Shown: positions 49,901 to 62,355, numbered from the stretch's first letter. The stretch: DNA of 64,000 nucleotides from Ascidiella aspersa (GCA_963924565.1 OZ004612.1:20894001-20958000); one strand, 5' to 3'. The notes: generated from the letters alone by a model not told the origin. Numbers and translations: made by a program.

Positions 49901-52900
49901 TTTTCCAGGACATCATTTTGAATGCCTTAAATCAAAGTAAAGTAATTTGCAAGCTAATTTAGGAGGATAAAGTTCCAATCTATATCATTATATTGGTATG
50001 TAAATTAAGTCCAAGTGTACGTGGTCAAACGAATTTTCGCTATCGCGCAAATGCCTTTTTAACTTATTTAATATATTTATGACTAAGACTTAGTTGCATA
50101 TCTGTACATGACATTAAAGTTAACCTCATGCTTCTTAAGTTGCTTGTATTATGCGACCCGTTATGGCGTTAATTTGTGACGTCATCTCTAAAAGTTGTCA
50201 TGCGTTGTGGTAAAAAAATATCATCGTTCCAATATCAAAAACAATTTAACTCACACTTTTTCACGTAAAAAATGTGATCAGTGAAACCGTTAAATAACAC
50301 CATAGCCTACCTGTTAAATTTACTTGTTGTTTCTGCATCAATAAAAGTTTTTCGTTGATGCTGCTTGTATTTGACAGTATTTTTTCTGTAAATATATTTT
50401 AATAAAAATGTTAACTAGGAAAACAATAGAAAGTATAGGATGTATCCTTAGGTGAGATTCAATCTCGTTAGCAAACGGTTCTCTTACCAGGCACAGATCT
50501 AGGATTTTCGTTGGCACAAATGTTTTCAATTTCAGCAAAACAATGATACTAACAGCGCTTGTGGATTTGTCAGCTTAAACTGGATAAAAGATTGAATTTA
50601 TCGTGCCTCCTGAAAGTATCCCAATTCCACATATTATTTTTGCTGAGGCGGTACGAATCGGTTAAATCCTATACCACTGAATATATTTATATTATCGTGT
50701 AGGAAACAGTGCTTGATTTGTTCAGCAATGCAAATGTGTTGATCTTAATTACTGGCATCCGGGGTGTATGTCTATAGTCCAGGGTTTCCAAAACTTGTTT
50801 GAACCGCGGACCACTATTTGTGAATCTGTTTTCTCTCGGACCGCAATACAAAGCAAAAAATAAATAAAACCGAATTTTATTTATTTAAAAAACGGACAAC
50901 GTCAATGGGACGGATGCAATTGTTTTTTTCTGCCTAAATCATCGATTCTCGGAGTTATTTGTGAAAGGCAAACTCATAAGTCAGAGTCCAGGGAAAATCT
51001 GGACTTGTATTTTGTCTTCACTTGTATTTTGTCTTTATGTTGGTAAGAGCATAAAATGCTCTCTTAAACAAGAATATATTATTACGTCATAAACGAGAAA
51101 TACGAGAATATTTCATAAACAATTTTTTGACTACAACTATAGTGCAACAAGTAACTTTACGATATTGGATATAGCAAAAGCTTTCGAAATCATTGGGTTT
51201 TGAATAATTGCGGCAGTTTATCTTTGAAAGGGTACGTACTGTACAACGTATATATGTGGTTAATATCTTGTCATATCGCCACGGACCACCTGTGCAGTCG
51301 TCGCGGACCACCAATGGTCCGTGGACCACAGTTTGGTACACCCTGCTATAGTCTATAATCTAGGGGTCGGCAACCCCTGGCATGCATGCCACAAGTGGCA
51401 CGATAGATGATTTTTCAGGGCACGCCAAATGATTTAACGCGCACGTTATATCACCTTAAGAAAGCGCAACCATAACATCATACCACATCATTACCATTAT
51501 TATTACATCACTAACACCAGCGCTAACTAAATGGTTGTGCACATTTCCAGTTCGATGTGCAGTGTTGTTGTCATAAATTAGTGTCTTAACTGTTGTATTT
51601 AACGTTATTTTCTGTGAGCGTTAAATTTTTCATTTACGACTTTACAATGTTCCAAAGGTGGCGCGATGTTTACTGTTATAAAACAGGTCATTCTACATTA
51701 AAAGTTACGAGGGAAACTTTCATAGAGATCAGTGGTTAAAGCAGGGCAATCTAAAAGTAAGCACGAAGGTTTTTGTGCGACTGAGAAACCAAGCTAAAAG
51801 AGAAACTGTTAGTTAACAATTCTAGGTATCGATTGAAAGCGTCGAAGTATATTCCAAAATAGCGGGCACAGTATTGTGTTCGTGACAGTTTGTTACATTT
51901 TCTATGAGCCCTTTGAATGGGTTGCTAAATATTCATCTTATTTTAGTTACGTAAATGTGTGAAATATACAGGGTGTAGAGTCGGACCAAGATTAGGGACT
52001 CGACGAAATCTCGCACATTTGGCCACACTCGGACACGGTCAGTGCAAAACTAAACATAGAAAAATGTTTGGCACGCAAGTTGGGGATATTTTGACATTAT
52101 TCATAAACTGGCACACTGCATACGCTGTTTTGAGATGTTAAAAAGTTTTTCTTTCGTTTCTTTTTTACCGTTAGTATGCAATTCTGAAACAGAAAACGAA
52201 AATTAAAATACAAGCCAATGTATAAAGTGGGTCTCAAAGGGTCAGTTCACTCAGAATTACTGTAAAGCTTCTGCAAGAAAAACTATAAAAATGCTAATTT
52301 AAAGTTATTTAGTTAAAATTCGGCTACATTTTACTTCCGTGCTGTTACTTTGCCGCAGAAGCAAATCTGTAGCATAAATCGAAGATCACACAGTTTTACT
52401 TACAAAGTTTCAAAAGACTTTTAGTCAATTTTTTGAACTATTTGGTAATATTTGAACACCTGTCTTTAGAAATACATTAAGTGATTTTGCCTATTTTAAA
52501 GAAAAAGGAACATTTTTAAAACCTTTTAAATAAAAAAGGTAACCGATAACTCTTTTCTTTTCTGAAATATGGCATATTAATAATCCACCTGTTGAATTTT
52601 GTTGTTTTTTCTGGATCAGTAACAGTTTTTCCGATGTGCTGCTTGCGTTTGACTGGGAAACTTCTGTAAAATTATTTTATTACAAACACAAAATAAAAGT
52701 TTAAAATACAGGCATAATATCAGCCGAAAGAAAACTGTCCAAAAATAATTAAAAATGCTTAATACAAAGTTCTACCTATATCCACAAGCTGTTTTTGAAT
52801 GGAGAGGACATTGTCTTCCATTTCTTGTTTTCCCTGAGTGAGGAATTCTGTAATATAAATCTAAGATTGTTGCGACAAAATGCAAACGTTTAACGTGATT

Positions 52901-55900
52901 CGAGAAACCATGACAAAACTCGTTTTGGCAAACTAAAAAACGGCAGGTTTATCGTTATGCGTTAAAAGAAATTGTACCTTCAACTCTGGAAAGCTGATTT
53001 GCTACTTTGTGGCCTTGTGCATTTGTGCGGTTACTTTGCTGCATGAGTAATTCTGTAACACAAAATGGCTTTCGGAAGTTAGACACGCAAGGCTTAAGTT
53101 ATTTTCTATTTTACTTTCACTCATGATGTTAAAAAGTAGCTTTAAGTAGGGAAATGTGATTCATAATTTCGCGACGATCTGCTTCAGTTTTGTTACTTTG
53201 CCCCAAAAACAAATCTGCAACACAAATCGACCAAAACCACATTTACTTTTACATAAGCTGTAATAATGTTAGATAAATTGTCCGTAACAAATTCTTGCCG
53301 CGTACCACAGTCAAGGGCGGATCCAGAGGAGGGGTAAACCATGTCTCCCTCCCAAACATTAATTTTTGTCAACTTTATTATGTAAATACAAACAATCACA
53401 TGCTCTTCTTCGTTTTAAGAAAATTTGTTAAGCCCCACGTTCACAAATTCGACAAAAGACGATGTCTGTTAAAATAGACTTTATAAATGCAGTTATTTCT
53501 GGCAACCCGCGTGTCTCTCTACAGTTTTGCCAATTTAAGAGCCCTGCATTATATGGTTAATTGACTGTATTTCGATTAACTTTTGTTGAAAACTACCGTT
53601 GATTGGTTGTATATGCTTTCACAGCCAAATAAAGCTTTGTTTAACCCAGTGATGAAATTAAGCCGGAACTGCCCGGGACGCCATTTCGGTAAAATAATTT
53701 TTCTATTTTTACCAGACCATGTTCTGTTTTCACCGGGCCATCCCGCCATCTCCTTAAGTGTATTTCAACAAAAGTTCAGGTTGCACATTTGCGTACTACG
53801 TCGAAAGATAATCTCAGGTTTGTCAATATTACTTTTTTAAACGTCCCGTTAGGACGTCATTTGTGACGTCATTTCTGCAATTTTCATGCGTTCCGGTATC
53901 CCTAAATAGTTAAACTTTTTAATGTGGTGCAAAATGTAGCGATTACAACCGACAAAAGTGATGATTTTTTGTTGTTAAAAGTAACTTCAACATTGGAAAT
54001 GTGTTTCTTCATTCCGCGACGTTCTGCTGTCGTTTTGTTGCTTTGCCACAAAAATAACACAAACACAAATCGCCAAAAAACAATTTCACTTAAAAGTTTT
54101 ATTGGTGACACTTCTTTCGTGATATACCACGATTAGCTTTGGTAATTTTAATTCGTGATTTTGGTGGTTCTTATTCTTTTTTGCTTTCGGTGTTAAAGTA
54201 CCACTCTGCTTTTGCCAGCGCTAGCCGCATATGTTAGACAATTTTTTTTCATTTAAATGTGGAAAAGAGAATAAAACTTGATATGAGCAATAAATAGAAC
54301 GACCGGTAATAACTCCGCGTAAGACCCAAAGCTAGTCCAATACCATCTGAAAAGCCGAAAAAGTGAAACCTAGTCGCTATAGTCAGTAATTCTTTATAGA
54401 TTTACACACATAAGATGGTGGTTTGTATTGCTATGTTTATAGCAAAACGCAAGGATAATAAGTGTAAAATAAATGCTGATTCGTTATGGGTTATTACCAC
54501 TATACCTTTAACTTTGGAAAGTTGCTTTATAATTCGGCGATCCTTTGCTTTCGTGTTGTTACTTTGCTGTAGAAGCGATTCTGTAACAAAAATGGACGCT
54601 TATGTAGTTGAACAATGAACGTGCAGTCGTGTTCGATTGTCATATGTTTTTGTTTTTTCTCTGTTTAACGTTTTTCGTAAATATACAACTTAATAGTTTT
54701 ATTAGCAAATCAAACAAAATCAAAAAGTTTTTTTGTGAAATATAAAATACCACGTAGCCTGCCGGTTTTTTAAATGAATAGAAGATAGTAGTTTGTGCTG
54801 CAATTCGTTTAACTGAACATTTCTGTAAAGGTATTTTATTACAAATTCAAAACAAAGATAGAATGCATTCAGTTATCAGTTAAGTTAAGAGGAACAGTAA
54901 AATAGGGGAAGTACTTCACGTTACAGTTTAAATCAGGGGTCAGCAACCTGCGGCCCGCCGATGTAATTCATCCGGCCCGCCGCCTCTTTGACAAATTTGA
55001 CACGTGTCCATTTCACATACATACTTTTTGACTATTTGAACTATACGTAAGTGCAAAAAAGTTTTGCGCTGCGCGCGATTCAGCATGCTACGTCCGGTAT
55101 GTTTACCTTTTTGTGTTTTCACCTATAGATGAGCGCTTCTTCACCGTTTCGCCATGGAAGGCAGCCAAGTGCGTCACGGGAAAACGGAAAAGGTATTCGA
55201 AATATACAAACAAATATTTTTTAACAAAACTTGCAATAAATTTTAAAGGAATGCCGGTTTACCCCAAAAAATCGCGCTTTCTTCGTTCGCCAGCTGTGCC
55301 TTGACTTAAGAGGTTAACAAACACTGAGCTATATTAACTTTAAATGTTATTACGTACCCTCAAAGTAGTGTAGGCCTATGTGTTTGTATTTCTAAAGATT
55401 ACGAAACCTTTAGCCGCTTCTTTTTAAATTTTGCGTTTAAATCAATGATTTGTTTTTATAATTACATGCTGAAATATCCATACAAATTGCATGAGGCATC
55501 CGGGGTATAGGCCCTAAGTCTATGACTCTATACCTTCTAAACTCTTAAGTTGTTTTGAAATGCTGAAAAGTTTCTCTTCCGTTTCTTTTTTACTCTTAGT
55601 AAGCAGTTCTGAAACATAAAACGACAATTAACCAGTTGAAACACATTGCGAATTTCTGAAGTGGGTCTACTTACAAAGTTGACAAGATTTTTAGTTTATT
55701 ACTTGAACCATTTGGTAATGTTTGAACACTTGTCTTTATAAAAACATTCAGAGGTTTTACCTCTTTTAAAACATTTTATAGAAAAAAGGAAACCGACAAC
55801 TGTTTTCTTTTCTGGAATATGGCATATGAATAATCCACCTGTTGAATTTTGTTGTTTTTTCTGGATCAGTAACAGTTTATCCGATGTGTTGCCTGCGTTT

Positions 55901-58900
55901 GACTGGGAAACTTCTGCAAAATTATTTTATTACAAACACAAAATAAAAGTTTGAAATACATGCATAATATCAGCCGAAAAAAAAAACTGTCCAAAAATAC
56001 TTAAAAATACTTATTATTAAGTTCTACCTATATCCACAAGCTGTTTTTGAATGGAGAGAACATTGTCTTCCATTTCTTGTTTTCCCTGAGTGAGGAATTC
56101 TGTAATATAAATCTAAGATTGTTGCGTCAAAATGCAAACGTTTAACGTGATTCGAGAAAGCATAGCAAATTAAACTCGTTTTGGCAAACTAAAAAACGGC
56201 TGGTTTATTGTTATGCGTTAAAAGAAATTGTACCTTCAACTCTGGAAAGCTGATTTGCTACTTTGTGACCTTGTGCATTTGTGCGGTTACTTTGCTGCGT
56301 TAGTAATTCTGTAACACAAAAAGGCTAAAGGTTATTTCATTTTCTATGTTACTTCCACTGATGATCGGCTAAAATTTGCATTTGACAAATTATGTAACAG
56401 TATAGTTCGCTATACCGAATTGAATTTGAATTAATCATTCGGGCTTTAATTTTTGGGACATATCTTGTTTTAATCTTGTATTTCTATTAGCCTTTTATAA
56501 AGATATAAGTGTTTTTTTAACTTGTTTTAAAACAGGGAGTCGAACCGGAACCGAACCGGAACTTTATGAACCGGTTTTGGGTCAATTTTTTCCGAACCGT
56601 AACCGAACCTGAACCGGTTTTTATAAGATTTTAAGGAGCCGAACCGGAACTGAACCGAATAATTTGAAAGTACCTGAACCTTAACCGAACCCGAACCTGT
56701 AAACAAAAGCGGTTCGCTCCAGCATGACGTCACAACTTCTATTTTAGTCAAGTTCGCCATGTTCGAAATTTTATGAAAAAAATATGAACATTGATTAAAA
56801 AAATCGTTCATTTTTTTTCTTTTTTAGATATTTCAATATTGAGTTGACTGTTTTTTTAATAAGTCACGGAACTTAGATTAAATGAATTACAATTCAAAGA
56901 TTATTCTCTACATTTATCGACCCATATTTTGAGATTTAGCGCAAATTATATTGTATCTGAACCGGAACTTTATGAACCGGTTTTGAAATAACGATTGTCG
57001 AACCGGAGCTGAACCGGAACTTTTAAATTCCTCCGAACCGAAACAGGAACTGAACCGGATTTTCGAAAAATCCTTGAACCCGAACCGAGCCTGAACCGGA
57101 AAAGTTAAACGGTTCGACTCCCTGTTTTAAAACCAACGTTTATAAAGCATCACCTTTTATAATGGGTTTCGAAATCTGTGAACTACAACAATGAAAATTG
57201 TTGATTTTTACTTTGTTGTTAAAAATACCTTTAACTTCGGAAATGTGCTTCATAATTCCACGTCGATCTGCTCCAGTTTTGTTACTTTGTCGCAAAAACA
57301 AATCTGTAAAACAAATCGACCAAAATCACATTATTTATTTTTGCGACACTCCAGCTTTACTGTTGTTTTTTCGGGACACAACCGCTTTTAGTAATTTTCT
57401 TCGCGACACCTTACCGTTTTTATTAATTTTAATGGGTAATTGGTTCTTATTCTTTTTTGAGCGCGGATCACCTAGTCAGGGGTGGATCTAGAGACGACCA
57501 GATAAATAACCAAAAAGATTGTGAAGTTAAAACACTCAATTACACCCCAAGTCAATTGATTCAATGATCAAGTCACTTTGAACGAAACGACTTAAGTTAT
57601 GACTTAAGTCATTGCAACACTGTCTTGAATTAAATGACTTGAAATTGTGAAAGATCAGGCAAGGAAACACTTCAACTAGGTTTAAATTAATCGCTGAAGT
57701 TTGTTATTGGTTAAAGAAAACTGAAACAGATGAAGCGCTACTAGAAAAACTACTAGAAGAAGCATTTTTGTTACTTCAAAAGTGTGTCGCGTGCAGCACA
57801 AAATGTTCTTTGCACAAGCTTAACCATCGGAACAACTGAAAAGCATACACGTAACACGAACACATACAGGTCGAGAACCATTAGATATTTTAACCGGTGA
57901 AAAGCGATATAAAAAAACAATTGTATTTTATTGTGGGATGTATATGTTTAGTGTTTACCGACCAATTCTACTGACAAACTGTAGGCTATAACGCGAAGAC
58001 CTACCGGTTGAGTTTTGTTGTTGCTTTTGAATTAATAAGAGTGTGTCGCTTGTCTTCTTCACGTTTGAGTGAAACACATCTGCAGTTGATATCGTTACAA
58101 ATAGAAACAAAATTAACACTAAAAACAAAACAGCAATATGTACGCTTGAGGGTCGGTACTTAAACCTCGTAAAAAATGTTTTTTAGTAGTTGGCGCATTT
58201 ACCGACCACCAGGTTCGCTTCAAAAGCGAAATTCATCTGATATTATTTTTTTTTAGTTTTTAATCGGATACAAGTGTACGCTATATCTTATCTTCGAAGC
58301 ACGTTTTATAAATTATGTGACGCATTATGCTTGATGACTTTTACGTTTCTAATTGTACAAAAGAAAGCTTTACCCAGCTGTTGTCGAACGTTGAGAAATT
58401 GTTTTTCTGTTTCCATTTTTTGCTGCGTTAGCAGTTCTGCAAAACAAATTGTTAAATAATAATATGTTGCAACAGAATAAAAAAAAAAATAAAGGCGTTT
58501 CAAGTCTAAAAAATGCAGATCAATTTGAATTTGTGTTTAAAATCGATATTTAATATGTGTTCTTAATAAATATATTTTCAAGCGGTCATTTTTCAAACGA
58601 CCATACAAAAATAACGATCACAAGATTTAAAGATAACCAGTTTGCGAGGAATTGATATAACATCATTGTGTAATAAAAACGGTCATATTCCTTGGGGATA
58701 TAGCGAGGTGGTCTATAAGGAAAAATGGAAACATATGGTACCCTTACAAAAATATCTCGTCTAACTGGAGAAACGACAAGAAGCAGTTTTTGAAATTCTC
58801 TGTGGGGGTTGCTCTGCAACCTATCTCCATAGGAGAAACTAAAGACTTTATACTTGAAAACTAGAAAAAATCCGCCATGTCCGCCATGTCCGCCACGAAA

Positions 58901-61171
58901 AAGCGTTCTGTTTGACTGTGACAGAGAATGCGGTTAAACTTCGATACGAAAAACACCTGAAGAGGTAAGTTGGTATCTATTACCGAAACGTCCATTATTT
59001 ACACCATAAGAGAAATTTCTCACTATGGTTGTTTAAATATCTTTGTTAATAAATGCAATGTCGAGAAAATAATTTCGATATTTTATTTTTTTTTATTTTT
59101 GGGTTTATCGTTTTCCATGTTACCTTTTGTACGGTAGTGGTAAGTGCATCTTAAATCGAACCTCAGAGGAAAAAGCTATCCAAACCAAACCTAAATTTTA
59201 TTTGCCAAACTGTTTAAAATTGGTCAGTATCCGTTGTAACTTTGAATATGTAGTTAGTGTGATACCTTCAATTTTTTGAAAGCGTGTTGTTAATCCCAAG
59301 CTTTCTGTTGCCGTGGTGTTACTCCGCTGCAAAAGCACTTCTGTAACACAAATACAGTAGACAGTTATATACTTTGTAATAATTAATTTTCTATCTCACA
59401 GATTTTACTTTAGTGTAGCTAGCGGTTCCCAAACTTTTTTATTCCGTGGCCCAATTTTTTTTATAAAACACTCCGTGGCCCACTGTGTGCCGTAAAACAT
59501 TTTTGTACGGCCTTTAGCGCATCGTCCAAATTTGATATATCAGCCTGGTAGATATACAAAAATTGCATATAGCAAAATTCCCTGTCAGCAGTTGAGACTG
59601 CCGTTGCGAATAAAACTATAAGTCTGGATACTACAAACCAACTCATCAAAGCAGTCAGCTATACATTGTTATTAAATCTTACAAAACTAACTTTTTTTCG
59701 ATAAAAGCTTTCTGTCATAATACAGTTAGTTTAAGTCCTGAAACCACCCACCAAGAATCATTTGAAGGACGTTATAATTGCGATTTATTTTAGAATGTAT
59801 CTCTTCAGCATTCTTGACATGCAGTTCTGAAATGAAAAATGCATTCCTCACAATGAATCTTCCGTAAAAAAATTAAAAGTTAAGATAAAAATTTGCGCAA
59901 AAGTAAATTATTTAGAAGTTCATTAGTTTAATTGAAATTCACAATTTGTATAGGGTTCATAATGCATGCATTACATTTTGTAGAGTTTTGTTTTTAATTT
60001 GTTAGAGCATCAAGAATTAATTCAACAAACCATTAATCGGTGAAATTAAACTGTCGTTTTGGTTGTCCTTCATGAACAGCTGGCTTGGTTTAGTGTCTGA
60101 AGACTCTAAATAATGAAAAGAGTTCGACATTAAAAAAAGCGAAAGTCAATGCAATTAAACCAATAAAAAACGGCCACATACTTAAGTTATCTTGACCACC
60201 GATTTTTACCTGAAAAAAAAAAACATATTAAAAGATGGTAATAAATGCTATATGACATTATAACTTCAATTCAAATCTATATGTTATGACATAGATCAGT
60301 TGCAAAAGTAGCCAGGATTGTTCTGTACGGCGATCGCAGGTCCAACATTAGCTGCCGGAACGGCGGTCAAAAAAAAAGTAAAATTATTTTTACCCGTGAA
60401 AATGTAACTTTTTTACAAAACAAATGTTATTTCACCAGGCCATATCCCTTTTTCAGCAGGCTTTACCGTCATCTCCTTTAATATATTGAAACTTATAATT
60501 CAGTTGCATATTTGTGCACTACATGGAACGATAACCTCAAGTTTCCTAGGATTACTTGTTTTGGATGTTTTTTATGAACTTTGTGACGTGACGTCATCAT
60601 CTATAAGCGGTAACAATTTGTTCTACTTTCACCCGACATATACATTTGCGTTTGTTAATAGTGACCTCCTGACAGCCTTTTTTTTAAACTTACCGTAATT
60701 ATAGCAAAAACTACCAATACAATTACAAGAACCACTGTCTGGCATGCTATAAGGATGTCAAGCCTTCTTAAATTCTTTTGCATATTCAGTATATTGTGAT
60801 GTAATTTTTCTTCATCTCCACTTCTGCAAACCGAATCTTTCAAAACAAATTTGGGTTCAATTTAACATCTTCGAAAACGAAATCAATTCTAGGAATATAC
60901 TACATTTGAATGTTTATAATGTCGTAAAAAGCAATAGGCTTTTCTAACTAACAAACTGACAGGCAATGTAAATAAAACAAAAGTTAATATTTAAACAAAG
61001 TTCAAAGATTCAAATGCACAAAATGTACGAAACAGCAAGACTTAATGGCAGTAATGATTTGACTTTTCAATGATCTCGGTTTTGTGTTTATTTAGGTATA
61101 ATCTTATAAGTTATACCTGAGGGTTGAATTTCTGACAACATTATTTCGACCTTGCTGTCTGTTCTTGACAT
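40988..61171 (-). CDS. Uncharacterised type II transmembrane glycoprotein: short cytoplasmic tail, TM, mini-exon-encoded coiled-coil stalk, orphan C-terminal domain (about 820-860 aa)
   Basis: N-terminal exons 61117-61171 (ATG), 60694-60836 (TM ILIACQTVVLVIVLVVFAIIT), 60182-60209. Phase 1-1 exons 60031-60105, 59752-59826, 59266-59340, 58374-58436, 58005-58079, 57229-57303, 56234-56308, 56028-56099, 55839-55913, 55534-55608, 54506-54580, 52978-53052, 52776-52847, 52589-52663, (52124-52183), 50311-50385, 49779-49853, 47470-47544, 46822-46896, 46447-46521, 45550-45624, 45091-45153, 44544-44597. Head exons 43985-44139, 43796-43854, 43523-43625, 41616-41777, 41296-41426. All are GT-AG and stop-free in one frame. 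The last exon is uncertain (40988-41069, or a short one starting at 41118). Confidence 0.82.
41911..42208. mobile_element. Decayed hAT MITE (intronic)
   Basis: cagtgtttcttaaccg ... cggcacaccggttaagaagcgctg; TSD imperfect. A similar end occurs near 31090-31140. Confidence 0.6.
42361..43007. mobile_element. Foldback-type element with 21-bp tandem repeats in inverted arms
   Basis: About 9 copies of aaattcatcggaataaggcct (about 42428-42620), inverted copies at about 42879-42961, accaacgac / gtcgttggt near the termini, G-rich core. Confidence 0.7.
44331..44382. repeat. Minisatellite, 3 copies of about 16-19 bp (tattttaactcaacag)
   Basis: Direct tandem copies visible. Confidence 0.8.
47808..48259. 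mobile_element. hAT MITE
   Basis: Perfect TIR caggggttcccaacct, gtaccac repeats, TSD gtctagtc. Confidence 0.93.
50780..51345. mobile_element. hAT MITE
   Basis: TIR cagggtttccaaaac / gtttggtacaccctg, cggacca repeats, TSD ctatagtc. Confidence 0.9.
51361..52123. mobile_element. hAT element lacking its right TIR, abutting a truncated stalk exon
   Basis: Left TIR taggggtcggcaacc with tggcac motifs; tggcac motifs recur at 52070-52117 but no closing ggttgccgacccct. Confidence 0.7.
52124..53110. repeat. Recent intragenic duplication, copy A (copy B at about 55551-56360)
   Basis: Exons and introns align almost base for base (e.g. taatccacctgttgaattttgttgttttttctggatcagtaacag at 52581 and 55831). 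Confidence 0.93.
52300..52366 (-). pseudogene. Dead stalk exon (in-frame stop)
   Basis: cag|AT TTG CTT CTG CGG CAA AGT AAC AGC ACG ... AAA TAA; homologous to the xLLQQSNxT exons. Confidence 0.65.
53140..53214 (-). pseudogene. Dead stalk exon (donor GT mutated to CT)
   Basis: 75-nt open paralog of exon 57229-57303 with intact acceptor but AAAG|ctactt instead of AAAG|gtattt. Confidence 0.75.
53985..54057 (-). pseudogene. Dead stalk exon (both splice sites lost)
   Basis: LFLWQSNKTTAERRGMKKHISNVE, paralog of 57229-57303; no AG acceptor and donor reads G|ttactt. Confidence 0.7.
54751..54822 (-). pseudogene. Dead stalk exon (stops in phase-1 frame)
   Basis: Acceptor context matches exon 55839-55913 and a GT donor is present, but it reads AA ATG TTC AGT TAA. 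Confidence 0.55.
54934..55320. mobile_element. Truncated hAT element
   Basis: caggggtcagcaacctgcggcccgcc left end with ggcccg repeats; right boundary unclear. Confidence 0.55.
55551..56360. repeat. Recent intragenic duplication, copy B
   Basis: Colinear with 52124-53110 except that about 160 bp (52234-52397) is absent. Confidence 0.93.
56533..57124. mobile_element. hAT MITE with GAACC subterminal repeats, copy 2
   Basis: Perfect TIR cagggagtcgaaccg, TSD ttttaaaa; homologous to 29034-29578. Confidence 0.93.
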
Positions 61172-62355
61172 ACTTGCAAAATACTTCTCATATCATACGC
61201 AAGAACAACATGTAGAAGTTATCAAACGAAACACAAGGTATTGAAGATATAAAAGGTTTACCAGTTCTAAAAATAACATTAATAAATATTTTTGGTCATT
61301 AATGTATCTTTGAGGAAATGTTTCTTTTATAAACATATTAAACGAAATAAACGAAACTTGTTTTATAGGTATTAATATTTATGTAAATCCTTAATACTGA
61401 TTAATATTTTCACATAACAGAAATTAAATTTAACATAATACAAAAAAAATAACATAATAGAATCCTAATAAAACATAACGCTGATCTTAATTAATTGCGG
61501 CTTACAATTAGCCTACCAAAAGATCAGTCAGAGCATAAACAGCTGACATCAGCAACTCGCAGGTTTTCAAAGGATTACACTTCAAGGAAGTAAAGTTGCT
61601 TGATCAGTGGTTTAATGCAGTGCAAAATAATAAACAACACAGTCCATATAATTGCACTGTTGTTAACTTTTTTGCGTGTGTTGCTTTTTTATTCTATTTT
61701 TTCGCTGTGGGTAGGCCTACACGTGAAATAAAGTGTGTCATTGCAAATTCGCATTGTCTTTACGGCGAAGCGTACGAGTATATATGAGGTGAACATAGCA
61801 TCCATTTGTTTAGGATCTCAATTTGAGGTTTAAATGGAACATGCAAAAAAATAAACTGAAAACCATTAAGATATGCAAGGTTTCCTTAGGCTTGCTTTTT
61901 TGCCCATGCCTGCTACCTGATATAAACTAGGGCTACCATATTTTCAGCACCCAAAAAGAGGACATTTTTTTAAACGAAAAGTAGAATTGTTACGTTTGGG
62001 AAAAACGTGCCATATCCACAATTTATAATTTATAGTTTATTTTGCTTTAAGGTTGTTTAAATTTAAAGAATAATAAAGAAAAATGAAAGCATCTGCTGAG
62101 AACCACCTGTATGCTATAGACCAGTGGTAACCCTTTTTCAGCCGCGCCCATTTTGGTAATTTTCCCAGCGTGAAACAAATGTTTAATGTTGAGAAAAATG
62201 TCGCTAAACTGTAAATTTGGGCACACAACAAATTGCTCGTGTACGAGCTGATTTTGACAAACGTGTTGTGAGGGCATTTACTCCACAGTTGTAAGGCTGT
62301 GATGTCGAGCGCAAATAAAAATGTCAAGCGCAAAAATTAAACATTGCGTTATCGT

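Noticed and set aside
55675-55733. Possible extra stalk exon ending in gtaagt (paralog near 52404-52463)
   Set aside because: Stops in the phase-1 frame in both copies and length not a multiple of three.
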